Shown here: positions 8,741 through 17,879 of the stretch, piece by piece | Numbering within the stretch: the stretch's first letter is position 1 | Layout of the letters: every line of letters begins with the position of its first letter | Assembly (NCBI GenBank): GCA_964570775.1 | Contig: CAZMZI010000002.1 | Span: forward strand, 1-43,923 | DNA: 43,923 nt | Source of the DNA: an uncultured Pseudomonadales bacterium | Lineage (GTDB): Bacteria; Patescibacteriota; Microgenomatia; UBA1400; PJMF01 | Reading direction: 5' to 3' | Notes under the pieces: model-generated | What the model saw: only the letters and a program-made list of their open reading frames with translations | The model's database searches: none | What the model was told of the DNA's origin: nothing | Program-made: the position numbers and the translations under genes

Positions 8741-9526
8741 ATGCATAAATACTTTATTATTTGGGCCACGTTGGCTAGTAGTGCACTACAAGAAACCTTT
8801 ATTAACCGAGGTACAAACGCACTGTTTTTAAGTGGTAAGGTTATTCGCTTTGCCTTTTCACTCTTATTTTTACTGCTACTCAAAAACAATCTCAGTTCGT
8901 TTTCCACCTATACCGTGGACCAAGTTATTGTCTTTTATCTTACCTACCAATTTATTGATACTCTTGCACAAGTTTTTTACAGAGGTGTCTATTTGTTTGG
9001 AAACCAAATTAAATCGGGTGACTTTGATTTTTCACTCTCAAAACCAATCAGCCCTCTCTTTCAGGCTCTTGTTGGAAAACCTGATATCAATGATACTCTG
9101 TTTTTAATTGGTACAACCGTTTTTAGCGTACTGATGGCCTCACAACTAGCAATTACCATCACTCCCATCACCTTTATACTTTTTTGTATTTTGCTCTGTA
9201 ATAGCTTTATTGTTGCTACTGCACTTCATATCCTCGTCTTAGTGGCTGGAATACATCTCACCGAAGTTGACGGGATTATTTGGTTATATAGAGATGTGAC
9301 TAGACTTGGTCAATTTCCCGTAACCGCCTATATTGAACCACTAAGATCACTACTGCTGTTTGTCATTCCCGTGGGAATACTCTTCACTGTACCTGTGGAT
9401 GTACTGCTTGGCTTTGTTAGTCCAGTAGGGGCACTACTCACTTGTCTGTTTGGAATAGGACTCTTACTATGTTCAGTGAAGATATGGCACTGGAGCTTAA
9501 AACACTACCAAAGTGCAAGTAGTTGA
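8741..9526 (+). CDS. ABC-2 type transporter permease, paralog 4
   Basis: 261 aa. MHKYFIIWATLASSALQETFINRG..., GDFDFSLSKPISPLF motif, ends ...HYQSASS. The ATG immediately follows the upstream TAA. Confidence 0.8.
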   Translation: MHKYFIIWATLASSALQETFINRGTNALFLSGKVIRFAFSLLFLLLLKNNLSSFSTYTVDQVIVFYLTYQFIDTLAQVFYRGVYLFGNQIKSGDFDFSLSKPISPLFQALVGKPDINDTLFLIGTTVFSVLMASQLAITITPITFILFCILLCNSFIVATALHILVLVAGIHLTEVDGIIWLYRDVTRLGQFPVTAYIEPLRSLLLFVIPVGILFTVPVDVLLGFVSPVGALLTCLFGIGLLLCSVKIWHWSLKHYQSASS

Positions 9527-9535
9527 AATGAAAAC

Positions 9536-10057
9536 CTAACGCTTTGGAGACTGTCGCTTTCTGCGAGCTTTACCACCAGAACCAATTTTTCTTGTTTCCT
9601 TCATTCTGTCATCACGAGTTAACAAGTCACTTGGTTTAAGTAAGGTCTTGAATGCTGGGTTGAACTCAACCAATGCACGTGCTACACCATGTACCACTGC
9701 ACCAAGCTGAGAAGCAGCACCAGAGCCACTGACATGTACGTTAACACCAAATTTACCTTTTGTACCAGTTAAATCAAATGGTTTGTTAAAAACTGATGAA
9801 GAGTTAGAAATGGTACCAAAGTACTGACCAACTATTTTATCGTTTACGACAAACTCGCCACCATCTTCGTAGAGACGAACGCGAGCAGTGGCAACTTTTC
9901 TTCTACCAACTGCTTCTACGTACTTACCAGTTGGTGCTGTAACAGTAGAAACTGGAGCAGCTGCACCCCCGACGCTTCGCTGTGGTTTGACAACCTTGCG
10001 TTGTGTTTTAACAACTTTTTGAACTTTATTTGGTTTTTTACTTAACTTTAATGCCAT
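9536..10057 (-). CDS. rpsI: 30S ribosomal protein S9 with a ~40-aa Lys-rich N-terminal extension
   Basis: GRRKVATARVRL ... HVSGSGAASQLGAVVHGVARAL ... ARRKRQSPKR. 173 aa versus ~130 aa for typical S9. Confidence 0.96.
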   Translation of the reverse strand: MALKLSKKPNKVQKVVKTQRKVVKPQRSVGGAAAPVSTVTAPTGKYVEAVGRRKVATARVRLYEDGGEFVVNDKIVGQYFGTISNSSSVFNKPFDLTGTKGKFGVNVHVSGSGAASQLGAVVHGVARALVEFNPAFKTLLKPSDLLTRDDRMKETRKIGSGGKARRKRQSPKR

Positions 10058-10074
10058 ACGTTCTTTACTATCCC

Positions 10075-10500
10075 TTATGCTTCTTGTTTCAACTGGGCTG
10101 AATGCTTGTGCTCTGCACCTGCGTACACCTTAAGACGAGTCATTCTTTGATCGCGCAACTTGTTTTTTGGCAACATATTTACTACAGCCTTTTCGATAAT
10201 TCTTTCAGGAAAGGTCTGTCGTAACTCTGAAAGAGTACGAACTTTCAAACCTCCAGGGAAGTTTGAGTGTCTGTAGTACTTCTTATCTAGTTCTTTGTTA
10301 CCAGTAACTACCAACTCTTTAGCATTGATAACAACAACGTAATCGCCGCCATCAATGTGTGGAGTGTATTCTTTTTTGTGTTTTCCAATAAGCTTCTTTG
10401 CAATCTCAACTGCAACGGTACCAAGAACTTGATTTTTAGCATCAATAAGATGCCAAGTTCTGGAAACTTCACTGGTCTTTTGCATGTATGTTTTTTTCAT
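10075..10500 (-). CDS. rplM: 50S ribosomal protein L13
   Basis: SRTWHLIDAKNQVLGTVAVEIAKKLIGKHK...YYRHSNFPGG. The start could instead be the internal ATG at 10485. Confidence 0.95.
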   Translation of the reverse strand: MKKTYMQKTSEVSRTWHLIDAKNQVLGTVAVEIAKKLIGKHKKEYTPHIDGGDYVVVINAKELVVTGNKELDKKYYRHSNFPGGLKVRTLSELRQTFPERIIEKAVVNMLPKNKLRDQRMTRLKVYAGAEHKHSAQLKQEA

Positions 10501-10512
10501 GATCTCTTCTGG

Positions 10513-10977
10513 TTATTCAGCCTTTTTGGTAGTCTTCTTTGCTGTACTTATTTTCTTAGCTTCAGCCTTTGGAGCTGCAACTTTTTCTGTTTTAACGTTT
10601 TTGAGTGTGCCTACTACTGTTGGCTTCTTTATCAAAGCAAGCGATACAACCTCTGTATTATCACCTCTTCTTGTACCAACTTTAGAAATTCTGGTAAAAC
10701 CAGAAACTCTGTCGGTAAACTCTGGTGCAATACGCTCAACTAAGGTGTTAACCACATCTCTTACTCCAAAGAAACGATGTAAGTTTCTTCTAGATGAGAG
10801 TGAGTCAATTTTTGCTGTGCCAATAAGGCTATCAGCTAGTCTCTTTGTTTCCTTAGCCTTTGCCACGGTGGTAACAATTTCTCCTGTTTCAATAAGGGAA
10901 CGGACAAGGTTACGAAGTAACATCTTGCGATGGTTAGTATCTCTATTGAATTTTTTCTTATGAATTCTGTGTCTCAT
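10513..10977 (-). CDS. rplQ: 50S ribosomal protein L17 with a Lys/Ala-rich C-terminal tail
   Basis: MRHRIHKKKFNRDTNHRKMLLRNLVRSLIETGEIVTTVAKAKE... Confidence 0.96.
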   Translation of the reverse strand: MRHRIHKKKFNRDTNHRKMLLRNLVRSLIETGEIVTTVAKAKETKRLADSLIGTAKIDSLSSRRNLHRFFGVRDVVNTLVERIAPEFTDRVSGFTRISKVGTRRGDNTEVVSLALIKKPTVVGTLKNVKTEKVAAPKAEAKKISTAKKTTKKAE

Positions 10978-11008
10978 AGTACAGCAGCCAGCAACAACCT
11001 AGGGAACA

Positions 11009-11953
11009 TTATTCACCTAAGCTGACCCCCTTCTTTTGGAGAGCTTCGTCAATAACAACTACACTCTTACCACCTAAGTTCTTAACTTTTGCAATCACGG
11101 TTCTTGGTGCACCCATAAGGTCACCAACAGTTTCGAATCCACCTTTACGAAGTGCGTTTGCAATTCTAGTTGGTAAATCGAGTTCTTCAACAGTGAGTCT
11201 CATTACTTCTTGTTCTTCTGGAGAAAGAGAAACTTCAAGCTTCTCTTCAATCGCAACAACTGGTTCATACACTTGAGTGAACTGTCGTGACAAAATCTTT
11301 GCAGCCTGTTGTACAGCCTGTAAAGGTGAAAGTGTACCATCAGTCTCAACTTCTAAAATAAGCTTGTCGTAGTCTGTTCTTCTACCAACACGTGTTTGCT
11401 CAACTCTGTATGAAACTTTAACAACTGGGCTAAATAGTGCATCAAGAACGATGTCACCAATTGTTTTTGCACGCTTTTCGTCAGAAACAACGTATCCCAT
11501 ACCAGATTCAACAGTCATCTCAACATCAAGTTTTGAACCACTTGAGAGGGTTGCAATCACTTGATCTTTATTGATAACTTCCAAACCTGCTTCAGGTGAA
11601 ATATCAGCTGCAGTCACTGTTGCAGGACCTTTAGCACTGATTCTCATAACCGCTTCTTCACCAGTGGTTGATTTAACTCTAACTTGCTTGAGGTTAAGAG
11701 CCAACTGCAACACATCTTCTTTAAGGCCAGTTACGGTTGCATATTGATGGTCAGCACCTTCTACTCTCATAGAAGTAATTGCTGAACCTGGTAATGAAGT
11801 AAGCAGTACTCTGCGAAGTGCATTACCAAGAGTGTGACCATAGCCCTGTTCAAGAGGTTCCATACTAATGGTAGCTTTTGATCCAGAAGCATTCCCTTCA
11901 GTTACTTGAAATGAAGGATTCATTATTGGGTAGTTTTGCATTGTTGTGCTCAT
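11009..11953 (-). CDS. rpoA: DNA-directed RNA polymerase alpha subunit
   Basis: EPLEQGYGHTLGNALRRVLLTSLPGSAITS... with a C-terminal domain ELDLPTRIANALRKGGFETVGDL. Confidence 0.96.
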   Translation of the reverse strand: MSTTMQNYPIMNPSFQVTEGNASGSKATISMEPLEQGYGHTLGNALRRVLLTSLPGSAITSMRVEGADHQYATVTGLKEDVLQLALNLKQVRVKSTTGEEAVMRISAKGPATVTAADISPEAGLEVINKDQVIATLSSGSKLDVEMTVESGMGYVVSDEKRAKTIGDIVLDALFSPVVKVSYRVEQTRVGRRTDYDKLILEVETDGTLSPLQAVQQAAKILSRQFTQVYEPVVAIEEKLEVSLSPEEQEVMRLTVEELDLPTRIANALRKGGFETVGDLMGAPRTVIAKVKNLGGKSVVVIDEALQKKGVSLGE

Positions 11954-12021
11954 ATTATTGTTTCCTGTGTTTCTCCTCTCACCATGTGGTGAAATCTGTT
12001 ACTAGGTTTATACTTTTATCT

Positions 12022-12627
12022 TTATCTACTGTAGTACTCCACAATTAACTGTTCTTGTACTGTTTCGGTGATGTCAGCTCTCTCTGGAAGTCGAGAGATT
12101 TTAGCAACACCACTCTTGCTTACAATCCATGCTGGGGTTTGAGGGACATTCTTTAGCATCTCTGAAACACCTGCAATCTTGGTTGCTTTGTTGGTGAGTG
12201 TGATAACATCTTCAACTTGCACTCTGTATGAAGGTACGTTCATCTTTTTACCATTCACAAGAAGGTGACCATGGGAAACTAACTGGCGTGCATTTGCACG
12301 AGTATTTGCCCAACCAGCGCGGTACACAACGTTATCTAGTCTTCTTTCAAGTAAACTGAGTAAAGCTGCGCCTGTGGCAGTTGGATTCTTTGAAGCTGCC
12401 TCATATAGTTTGCGAAGCTGCTGCTCAATAACACCATAGATAAACTTTAGCTTTTGCTTTTCTTGTAATTGAACACCAAAGTCTGAAAGTTTTCTTCTCG
12501 ACTTAGCGCCATGCATTCCTGGTCTGATAGCCAATCTTCGAGCAACCTTCAAAGAATTAGACTTAAGTCCTAAATCTTCTCCAATTTTTCGTGCAAGCTT
12601 GTTGCGTGGTCCAGTGTATCGTGCCAT
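12022..12627 (-). CDS. rpsD: 30S ribosomal protein S4
   Basis: MARYTGPRNKLARKIGEDLGLKS... plus an S4 RNA-binding domain RLDNVVYRAGWANTRANARQLVSHGH. Confidence 0.97.
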   Translation of the reverse strand: MARYTGPRNKLARKIGEDLGLKSNSLKVARRLAIRPGMHGAKSRRKLSDFGVQLQEKQKLKFIYGVIEQQLRKLYEAASKNPTATGAALLSLLERRLDNVVYRAGWANTRANARQLVSHGHLLVNGKKMNVPSYRVQVEDVITLTNKATKIAGVSEMLKNVPQTPAWIVSKSGVAKISRLPERADITETVQEQLIVEYYSR

Positions 12628-12637
12628 ATCCTAATTC

Positions 12638-13036
12638 CTATTTGTTATGCTTTGCTTTTCTTGGTCTTGTACCATTGTGTGGATCTGGAGTCATGTCAGC
12701 AATAAGACTGACTCTAATTCCCATAGCCTTAAGTACTCTTAGTGCTACATCTCTGCCTGGGCCTGGACCTTTAATGAACACGTCCATTTGGCTCATTCCA
12801 TATGCTCTAGCCTTATTCACTGCATTTTCAACAGTGATTGTAGCTGCGTATGGTGTTGATTTTCTTGAACCGGTAAATCCTGATTCACCTGCTGAAGACC
12901 AGCAGACAACATTACCTTGCTCATCAGTAATACTAACGAGCGTTGTGTTAAATGTTGCAGTTACATACAAGCGACCTTTTTGGATTGCTCGAGCAACTTT
13001 TTTTGTTTGTGTTTTGGTTTGCGTAACTTTAGCCAT
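12638..13036 (-). CDS. rpsK: 30S ribosomal protein S11
   Basis: ATFNTTLVSITDEQGNVVCWSSAGESGFTGSRKSTPYAA... Confidence 0.97.
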   Translation of the reverse strand: MAKVTQTKTQTKKVARAIQKGRLYVTATFNTTLVSITDEQGNVVCWSSAGESGFTGSRKSTPYAATITVENAVNKARAYGMSQMDVFIKGPGPGRDVALRVLKAMGIRVSLIADMTPDPHNGTRPRKAKHNK

Positions 13037-13054
13037 GATCTGAATTCTTATCTA

Positions 13055-13459
13055 TTATTTCTTTGTTGCCTCAAGCTTTGCTGCCATCTCTTTGGTCATA
13101 GCACCAACAGTTCTTCTTCTTGCACCACCACGGGCGTTGCGTGAATTAGTTCTGGTTCTTTGACCACGAGCTGGTAACTTTGCAATATGTCTTAATCCTC
13201 TGTAGCAACGAATGCGCTTTAAGCGGTCAATGTTATCGTTCACATCTCTGCGAAGATCACCTTCAAGCATGAGACCGTCAAGTGCACGCTGAATTCTGTT
13301 TACTTCATCAGCAGTTAAGTCTTTTGCTCGTTTGTTACTATCTACATTTGCAACGCTCAAAATGTCTGCAGATACTTTTGCACCTATACCGTACACAGCT
13401 TGAAGTGCGTAAAATATTTTTTTATTCTCTGGTATATCAACACCAACAATACGAGGCAT
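13055..13459 (-). CDS. rpsM: 30S ribosomal protein S13
   Basis: MPRIVGVDIPENKKIFYALQAVYGIG...YRGLRH...LPARGQRTRTN. Confidence 0.97.
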   Translation of the reverse strand: MPRIVGVDIPENKKIFYALQAVYGIGAKVSADILSVANVDSNKRAKDLTADEVNRIQRALDGLMLEGDLRRDVNDNIDRLKRIRCYRGLRHIAKLPARGQRTRTNSRNARGGARRRTVGAMTKEMAAKLEATKK

Positions 13460-13475
13460 ACTTTTCCTTTATCAA

Positions 13476-13589
13476 TTAACCCTGACGTACCTTATGATTT
13501 GGATCCGAGCAGATCACGCGCGCAACACCTTTGCGTTTTATGATTTTGCAATGGAGACAACGTTTCTTTATCGAAGATTTGACTTTCAT
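13476..13589 (-). CDS. rpmJ: 50S ribosomal protein L36 (zinc-ribbon type); not in the supplied ORF track
   Basis: My translation of the reverse complement gives [37 protein letters not shown] followed by a stop (37 aa). It has the C-x2-C-x12-C-x4-H pattern and sits in the canonical position between infA and rpsM. Confidence 0.9.
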   Translation of the reverse strand: MKVKSSIKKRCLHCKIIKRKGVARVICSDPNHKVRQG

Positions 13590-13653
13590 ACAGGTTCTTT
13601 TTCTTTTTTTGCCAGGGTTGAACTATACCTCAAATATTAAAAAATGAAAAGTA

Positions 13654-13983
13654 TTAGTTTTGCTGCGATTCATTTTTTGTTGATCTATACGTTATTTTAC
13701 ACTTTTTGAGGTCATATTTAGATACATAACCTTTAATCATGTCACCAGGCAAAACACGTATTCTAAACAGACGCATCTTACCAACAAGCGTACCAAGGAG
13801 TGTTTGACCCACCATTGGGGCAACCGGAGATGCTGTTACCGCTATACGAAACATCGTATTTGGTAAACATTCCTCTACTACACCTTCAACTTCAAATCTG
13901 TCATCTCTGTCAGATTTGTCGCTGGTTGTATCGACTTGTCGTTTTGCTTTTGCAGCACGTTTGTGTTCTTGTACTTTTCCCAT
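13654..13983 (-). CDS. infA: Translation initiation factor IF-1 with an N-terminal extension and an internal loop insertion
   Basis: Core EGVVEECLPNTMFRIAV...GKMRLFRIRVLPGDMIKGYVSKYDLKKCKITYRS aligns with the IF-1 S1-like OB fold. 109 aa versus ~72 aa. Confidence 0.9.
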   Translation of the reverse strand: MGKVQEHKRAAKAKRQVDTTSDKSDRDDRFEVEGVVEECLPNTMFRIAVTASPVAPMVGQTLLGTLVGKMRLFRIRVLPGDMIKGYVSKYDLKKCKITYRSTKNESQQN

Positions 13984-14021
13984 ATTTTCTTCTTTTCAAA
14001 CAGAAACCGTATTATACCAGA

Positions 14022-14762
14022 CTAAGCAAGTGGCGTCATCACTACTGGGCCATTTTTAGTAATTAGTACCGTTTCTTCAAACATACCAGCTAAGGAACCG
14101 TCGGCTGTACGGTAGGTCCACCCATCACTATCAACTATTAATCTGGGATTGCCTGCCGTGTACATAACCTCAATTGCAACTGTCTGCCCTTCAGTAAATC
14201 GTCGTTTTTTGTCTGATCGTTGTGAAAAACATGGTATTGCTGGATCCATATGAAGTTCTTTTCCAATTCCATGACCAGTAAGTTGATATACAACTCCATA
14301 TCCGTATTTTTGCAAGCCTTGCTCCATTGCTATGCTTACGTCATACACTGAGTTACCTACTTTTGCCTTGGCAATAGCATCCTTAAGAATCTGCTGGCCG
14401 CGCTCAAGAAACAACTGGGTAGACTCTGGAACTTCGCCAACCGCGAAAGTGATAGTGGTATCTAGATGAAAACCATTACTAATTAAGCCTAAATCAATGG
14501 TGAGCACATCACCTGCCTCTACAACTTTGCCCTTGGGAATACCATGACACATCTCATCATTTTTCATGATGCACGTTGCCCAGTGATATCCTGGCACGGT
14601 CGAAAAACTTGGTACATATCCAGCAGCAGAAATGAGCCGTTGTGCTTCTGCCTCAATCTCTTCAAACTGCATGCCGATGGTAACAAAACGCTGCAGGCTG
14701 CCTTTAATGCTTCCCAGCGCACTGCCCCCCTTACGCATATGTTCTATTTTAGTTTTATCCAT
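14022..14762 (-). CDS. map: Type I methionine aminopeptidase
   Basis: 246 aa. CHGIPKGKVVEAGDVLTIDLG, GHGIGKELHMDP, AIEVMY; canonical position after adk. Confidence 0.93.
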   Translation of the reverse strand: MDKTKIEHMRKGGSALGSIKGSLQRFVTIGMQFEEIEAEAQRLISAAGYVPSFSTVPGYHWATCIMKNDEMCHGIPKGKVVEAGDVLTIDLGLISNGFHLDTTITFAVGEVPESTQLFLERGQQILKDAIAKAKVGNSVYDVSIAMEQGLQKYGYGVVYQLTGHGIGKELHMDPAIPCFSQRSDKKRRFTEGQTVAIEVMYTAGNPRLIVDSDGWTYRTADGSLAGMFEETVLITKNGPVVMTPLA

Positions 14763-14774
14763 GTTTTCCTAGTA

Positions 14775-14811
14775 AAAAAGCTAGCAAGTAATGTACCATT
14801 GCTAGCTTTTT
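14775..14811 (-). terminator. Strong intergenic hairpin (terminator or attenuator-like) between adk and map
   Basis: Perfect 13-bp stem aaaaagctagcaa (14775..14787) pairing with ttgctagcttttt (14799..14811), with an 11-nt loop. On the minus strand the stem ends in a U6 run and map follows with an AGGA Shine-Dalgarno element. Confidence 0.45.
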
Positions 14812-14826
14812 GCCTAAATGCTGTAG

Positions 14827-15375
14827 TTACTTCTGCATAAGCTTTGCAATACCTGCTTGTATATCTTTGAACACAGTTTCAACATCGTTTTCACCGTTTA
14901 CAGAAATAAGCTTACCTTGCTTCTTGTAGTATTGTACAACAGGCTCTGTAAGTTCATGAAAAAGCTCAATTCGTTTTCTAATTGCAGAAACAGTCTCGTC
15001 TTCTCTATCACTAGTTCTGCCTGCAATACGCCAAAGAGCTTCTTTGTCTGATACGTCCAAAAACACAACAACGTCTACACCTCCATTAAACGCTTTAGCT
15101 TGCACTTCAGTTCTTGGAAAGCCATCCAGGATATACCCTTTTTCATACTCTGGCTTTTCTAAATACGTGAGCACAATTTCAAGTACGGTGTCATCTGGAA
15201 CTAACGCGCCAGAGTTAAGTGTTTCTTTTAACCATCTTCCCAACTGGGACTTTTCTTTAGACATGCCTCTAAAAATGTGTCCGGAAGACAAGTATGGGAT
15301 ATCGTACTTTTGTGACAAAAAGTTACCTTGCGTTGACTTGCCGGCACCTTGAATACCAATTAACACCATTTTCAT
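14827..15375 (-). CDS. adk: Adenylate kinase (short-LID form)
   Basis: MKMVLIGIQGAGKSTQGNFLSQKY...GALVPDD...GYILDGFPRT. 182 aa with no Cys-rich zinc lid. Confidence 0.94.
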   Translation of the reverse strand: MKMVLIGIQGAGKSTQGNFLSQKYDIPYLSSGHIFRGMSKEKSQLGRWLKETLNSGALVPDDTVLEIVLTYLEKPEYEKGYILDGFPRTEVQAKAFNGGVDVVVFLDVSDKEALWRIAGRTSDREDETVSAIRKRIELFHELTEPVVQYYKKQGKLISVNGENDVETVFKDIQAGIAKLMQK

Positions 15376-15417
15376 TACAAACTCTCCTGAACCAGATATT
15401 CTCTGGATAACCTACTA

Positions 15418-16704
15418 CTAGAGGTATTTATCATAGTTTTGCTCTACTAGGGAGCTTTCTGCTTGCTTGTAGGTTTCAATAATAACCGAAACCACAATGA
15501 GCAAGCTTGTTCCACTTACTGCTAACGAGCCAATATCAGTAAATAACTGCGCAACCAGCGGTAGCAAAGCAATACCACCTAAAAATAGTGCTCCCACAAG
15601 GGTAATTCTCGTCACCACAAACTCTAAAAATGTTTTAGTTGCTGCACCAGGCCTAATACCTGGAATAAACGCACCTGATTTTTTTAACTCAGTAGAGATG
15701 TCTTCGGCATTAAAAAACAGCAAGGCTGAAACAAATGAAAAACCAAAAACAATAAGGAAGTACGTAATCATGTACACTGGCGAGGTTTGTGCAAACTGCA
15801 CAGTAAGCATCTGACCAAATTTGATGAGACTATCATTTTGACTTGCAAGGAGTAACCGAGCTATAAATGATGGTACCAACATAATGGATACAGCGAAAAT
15901 AATAGGCATAACACCAGAAACATTTACACGAATTGGTAAATGGGTTTGCTGACCACCATATACTTTACTACCACGTACTCGCTTAGCATACTGAATGGGG
16001 ACTTTTCGCACAGCATCGTTCATAAACACTGTTAACCCAATTACCGCCACAAATACAGCTGCAAATGAGAGTAAAGATAGCCACTGTCCAGAACCAGAAC
16101 TATACACTAGTTGGCCAAAAGTTGTAGGAGCTTGGCTTAAGATACCACCAAGCAAGATCATAGAGATACCATTACCAAGACCAGATTCTGAGATTAGCTC
16201 ACCCAACCAAGTAATAACCATTGCACCGGCAACAAGTGTCAAAATCATTGCAATCAGTGAGATTGGATCTGACGACTCCAATAAGCTTTGTTGTCTGAGC
16301 AATGCTAAGACAGACAAACTTTGAACAACTGCCAATGGTACAGACAAAAACCTGGTGTATTGGTTAATTTTTTCTCTACCAGCTTCACCATCTTTTTGCA
16401 TTTCTTTCAAGGCAGGAATAACCATTCCAGATAGCTGCAAAATAATAGAGGCGGTAATAAATGGACTAATGCCCACAGCCATCACCGAAAAGTTTGCTAG
16501 AGTACCTCCAGAAAAGATATTAAGTAAGCTTAAAAATTGGTTGTCTGCAAATAAGGCTCGTAGCTGCACAACATTAACACCAGGGACGGGAACGTGAGCT
16601 AAAAATCTAAAAACAAGGAAAATGCTTGCAGTAAATAAGAGTTTCTTTCGTAACTCTGGATTTGAGACAACTTTTCGCAAAAATGTTGTAATCTTTTTCA
16701 TCAA
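15418..16704 (-). CDS. secY: Preprotein translocase subunit SecY
   Basis: 428 aa, 10-TM profile. [31 protein letters not shown]...INQYTRFL. Confidence 0.96.
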   Translation of the reverse strand: MMKKITTFLRKVVSNPELRKKLLFTASIFLVFRFLAHVPVPGVNVVQLRALFADNQFLSLLNIFSGGTLANFSVMAVGISPFITASIILQLSGMVIPALKEMQKDGEAGREKINQYTRFLSVPLAVVQSLSVLALLRQQSLLESSDPISLIAMILTLVAGAMVITWLGELISESGLGNGISMILLGGILSQAPTTFGQLVYSSGSGQWLSLLSFAAVFVAVIGLTVFMNDAVRKVPIQYAKRVRGSKVYGGQQTHLPIRVNVSGVMPIIFAVSIMLVPSFIARLLLASQNDSLIKFGQMLTVQFAQTSPVYMITYFLIVFGFSFVSALLFFNAEDISTELKKSGAFIPGIRPGAATKTFLEFVVTRITLVGALFLGGIALLPLVAQLFTDIGSLAVSGTSLLIVVSVIIETYKQAESSLVEQNYDKYL

Positions 16705-16748
16705 TCCTCAAGTTGTTAGTCTCAGGAGCACTACTGTACTACAAATGA

Positions 16749-17186
16749 CTAGGCGATACTACCACCAGTTTTTTCGATAGCATCTTTTGCTGCTACTGTG
16801 ACTAACACACCTTGTACAGAAACTTTGCGTGTAAGTGCACCAGTGGCAATAATTTTTGCTTTTTTGAATCGAACATCAATCACTTTTTCAAGTTTGAGAG
16901 TATCAAGTGTGATAACTTCTGCAGACATGTTCTCAATTTCAGAAAGAGTAACTTCTGCCGTTGGTCTGACCACGTTAAAACGACCTTTACCGCGAAGCAT
17001 TGGTAAACGCTTAATAAGTGGAAGTTGACCACCTTCAAACCAAAGAGGCACTTTACTTCCCTGACGAGATTTGTAACCTTTTTGACCTCTTCCAGAAGTG
17101 TGACCACCTTTACCAGAGCCATAGCCTCTACCTAAGCGCTTTTGTGCACGTGTTGTTGTTTTAAGAAGTTCACTAAGTAATGACAT
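16749..17186 (-). CDS. rplO: 50S ribosomal protein L15
   Basis: MSLLSELLK...KRLGRGYGSGKGGHTSGRGQKG. ATG at 17186 with AGGA 7 nt upstream; the track start at 17210 is TTG. Confidence 0.95.
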   Translation of the reverse strand: MSLLSELLKTTTRAQKRLGRGYGSGKGGHTSGRGQKGYKSRQGSKVPLWFEGGQLPLIKRLPMLRGKGRFNVVRPTAEVTLSEIENMSAEVITLDTLKLEKVIDVRFKKAKIIATGALTRKVSVQGVLVTVAAKDAIEKTGGSIA

Positions 17187-17217
17187 ACAAATCCTGTTGC
17201 TCTGAGGCAATACCTAC

Positions 17218-17865
17218 CTACTTGGCTGCTTTTTTTGCCGGTTTACGGGCAATCTTTTTTTCAGCAGCTGGCTTTTTTTCAGCTGGTTCAGCCTGTTGTG
17301 TGTTAGCTACTACATCATGCTGTGAAGCACGTTTCTTATGTTTTTCTTGCAGTTCTTTTGATTTTTGAGCTTCTTCTGCTTCCGAGTCAGCAATAGACTT
17401 AAGTTTAATACCCTTAAGAGCTACGATTCTTTCGATTTTTTTGAGTGCTTCAAAAGTTGCGTACACACTAGATACTTTATTTTCGGAACCTAAGATTTTG
17501 CTTGAGATATCTCTAACACCGGCAGCTTCAACAACTGCTCTGACAGGACCACCTGCAATAACACCAGAACCTTTAGGAGCAGGCTTAAGGAGTACTTTAC
17601 CAGCACCTTTTTTAACCAAAATTGAAAAAGGAATAGTAGTACCATTAAGTGGAACAGTAATCATTCTCTTACGAGCTTTTTTAATACCTTTTTTAATAGC
17701 TGAAACAACATCGGTTGCTTTTCCAAGACCAACCCCAACTTGACCTTTTTTGTCACCAACAACCATAAGTACGGAAAAACCTACGTTATTTCCACCTTTT
17801 GTCTTCTTGGAAACGCGAGAAATTTGGATAACCTTTTCTTCAAATTCTTTAACTTCAGTCTTCAT
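17218..17865 (-). CDS. rpsE: 30S ribosomal protein S5 with a ~50-aa Lys/Ala/Glu-rich C-terminal tail
   Basis: VIQISRVSKKTKGGNNVGFSVLMVVGDKKGQVGVGLGKA... 215 aa versus ~167 aa. Confidence 0.96.
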   Translation of the reverse strand: MKTEVKEFEEKVIQISRVSKKTKGGNNVGFSVLMVVGDKKGQVGVGLGKATDVVSAIKKGIKKARKRMITVPLNGTTIPFSILVKKGAGKVLLKPAPKGSGVIAGGPVRAVVEAAGVRDISSKILGSENKVSSVYATFEALKKIERIVALKGIKLKSIADSEAEEAQKSKELQEKHKKRASQHDVVANTQQAEPAEKKPAAEKKIARKPAKKAAK

Positions 17866-17879
17866 AACTTTATTTCTGC

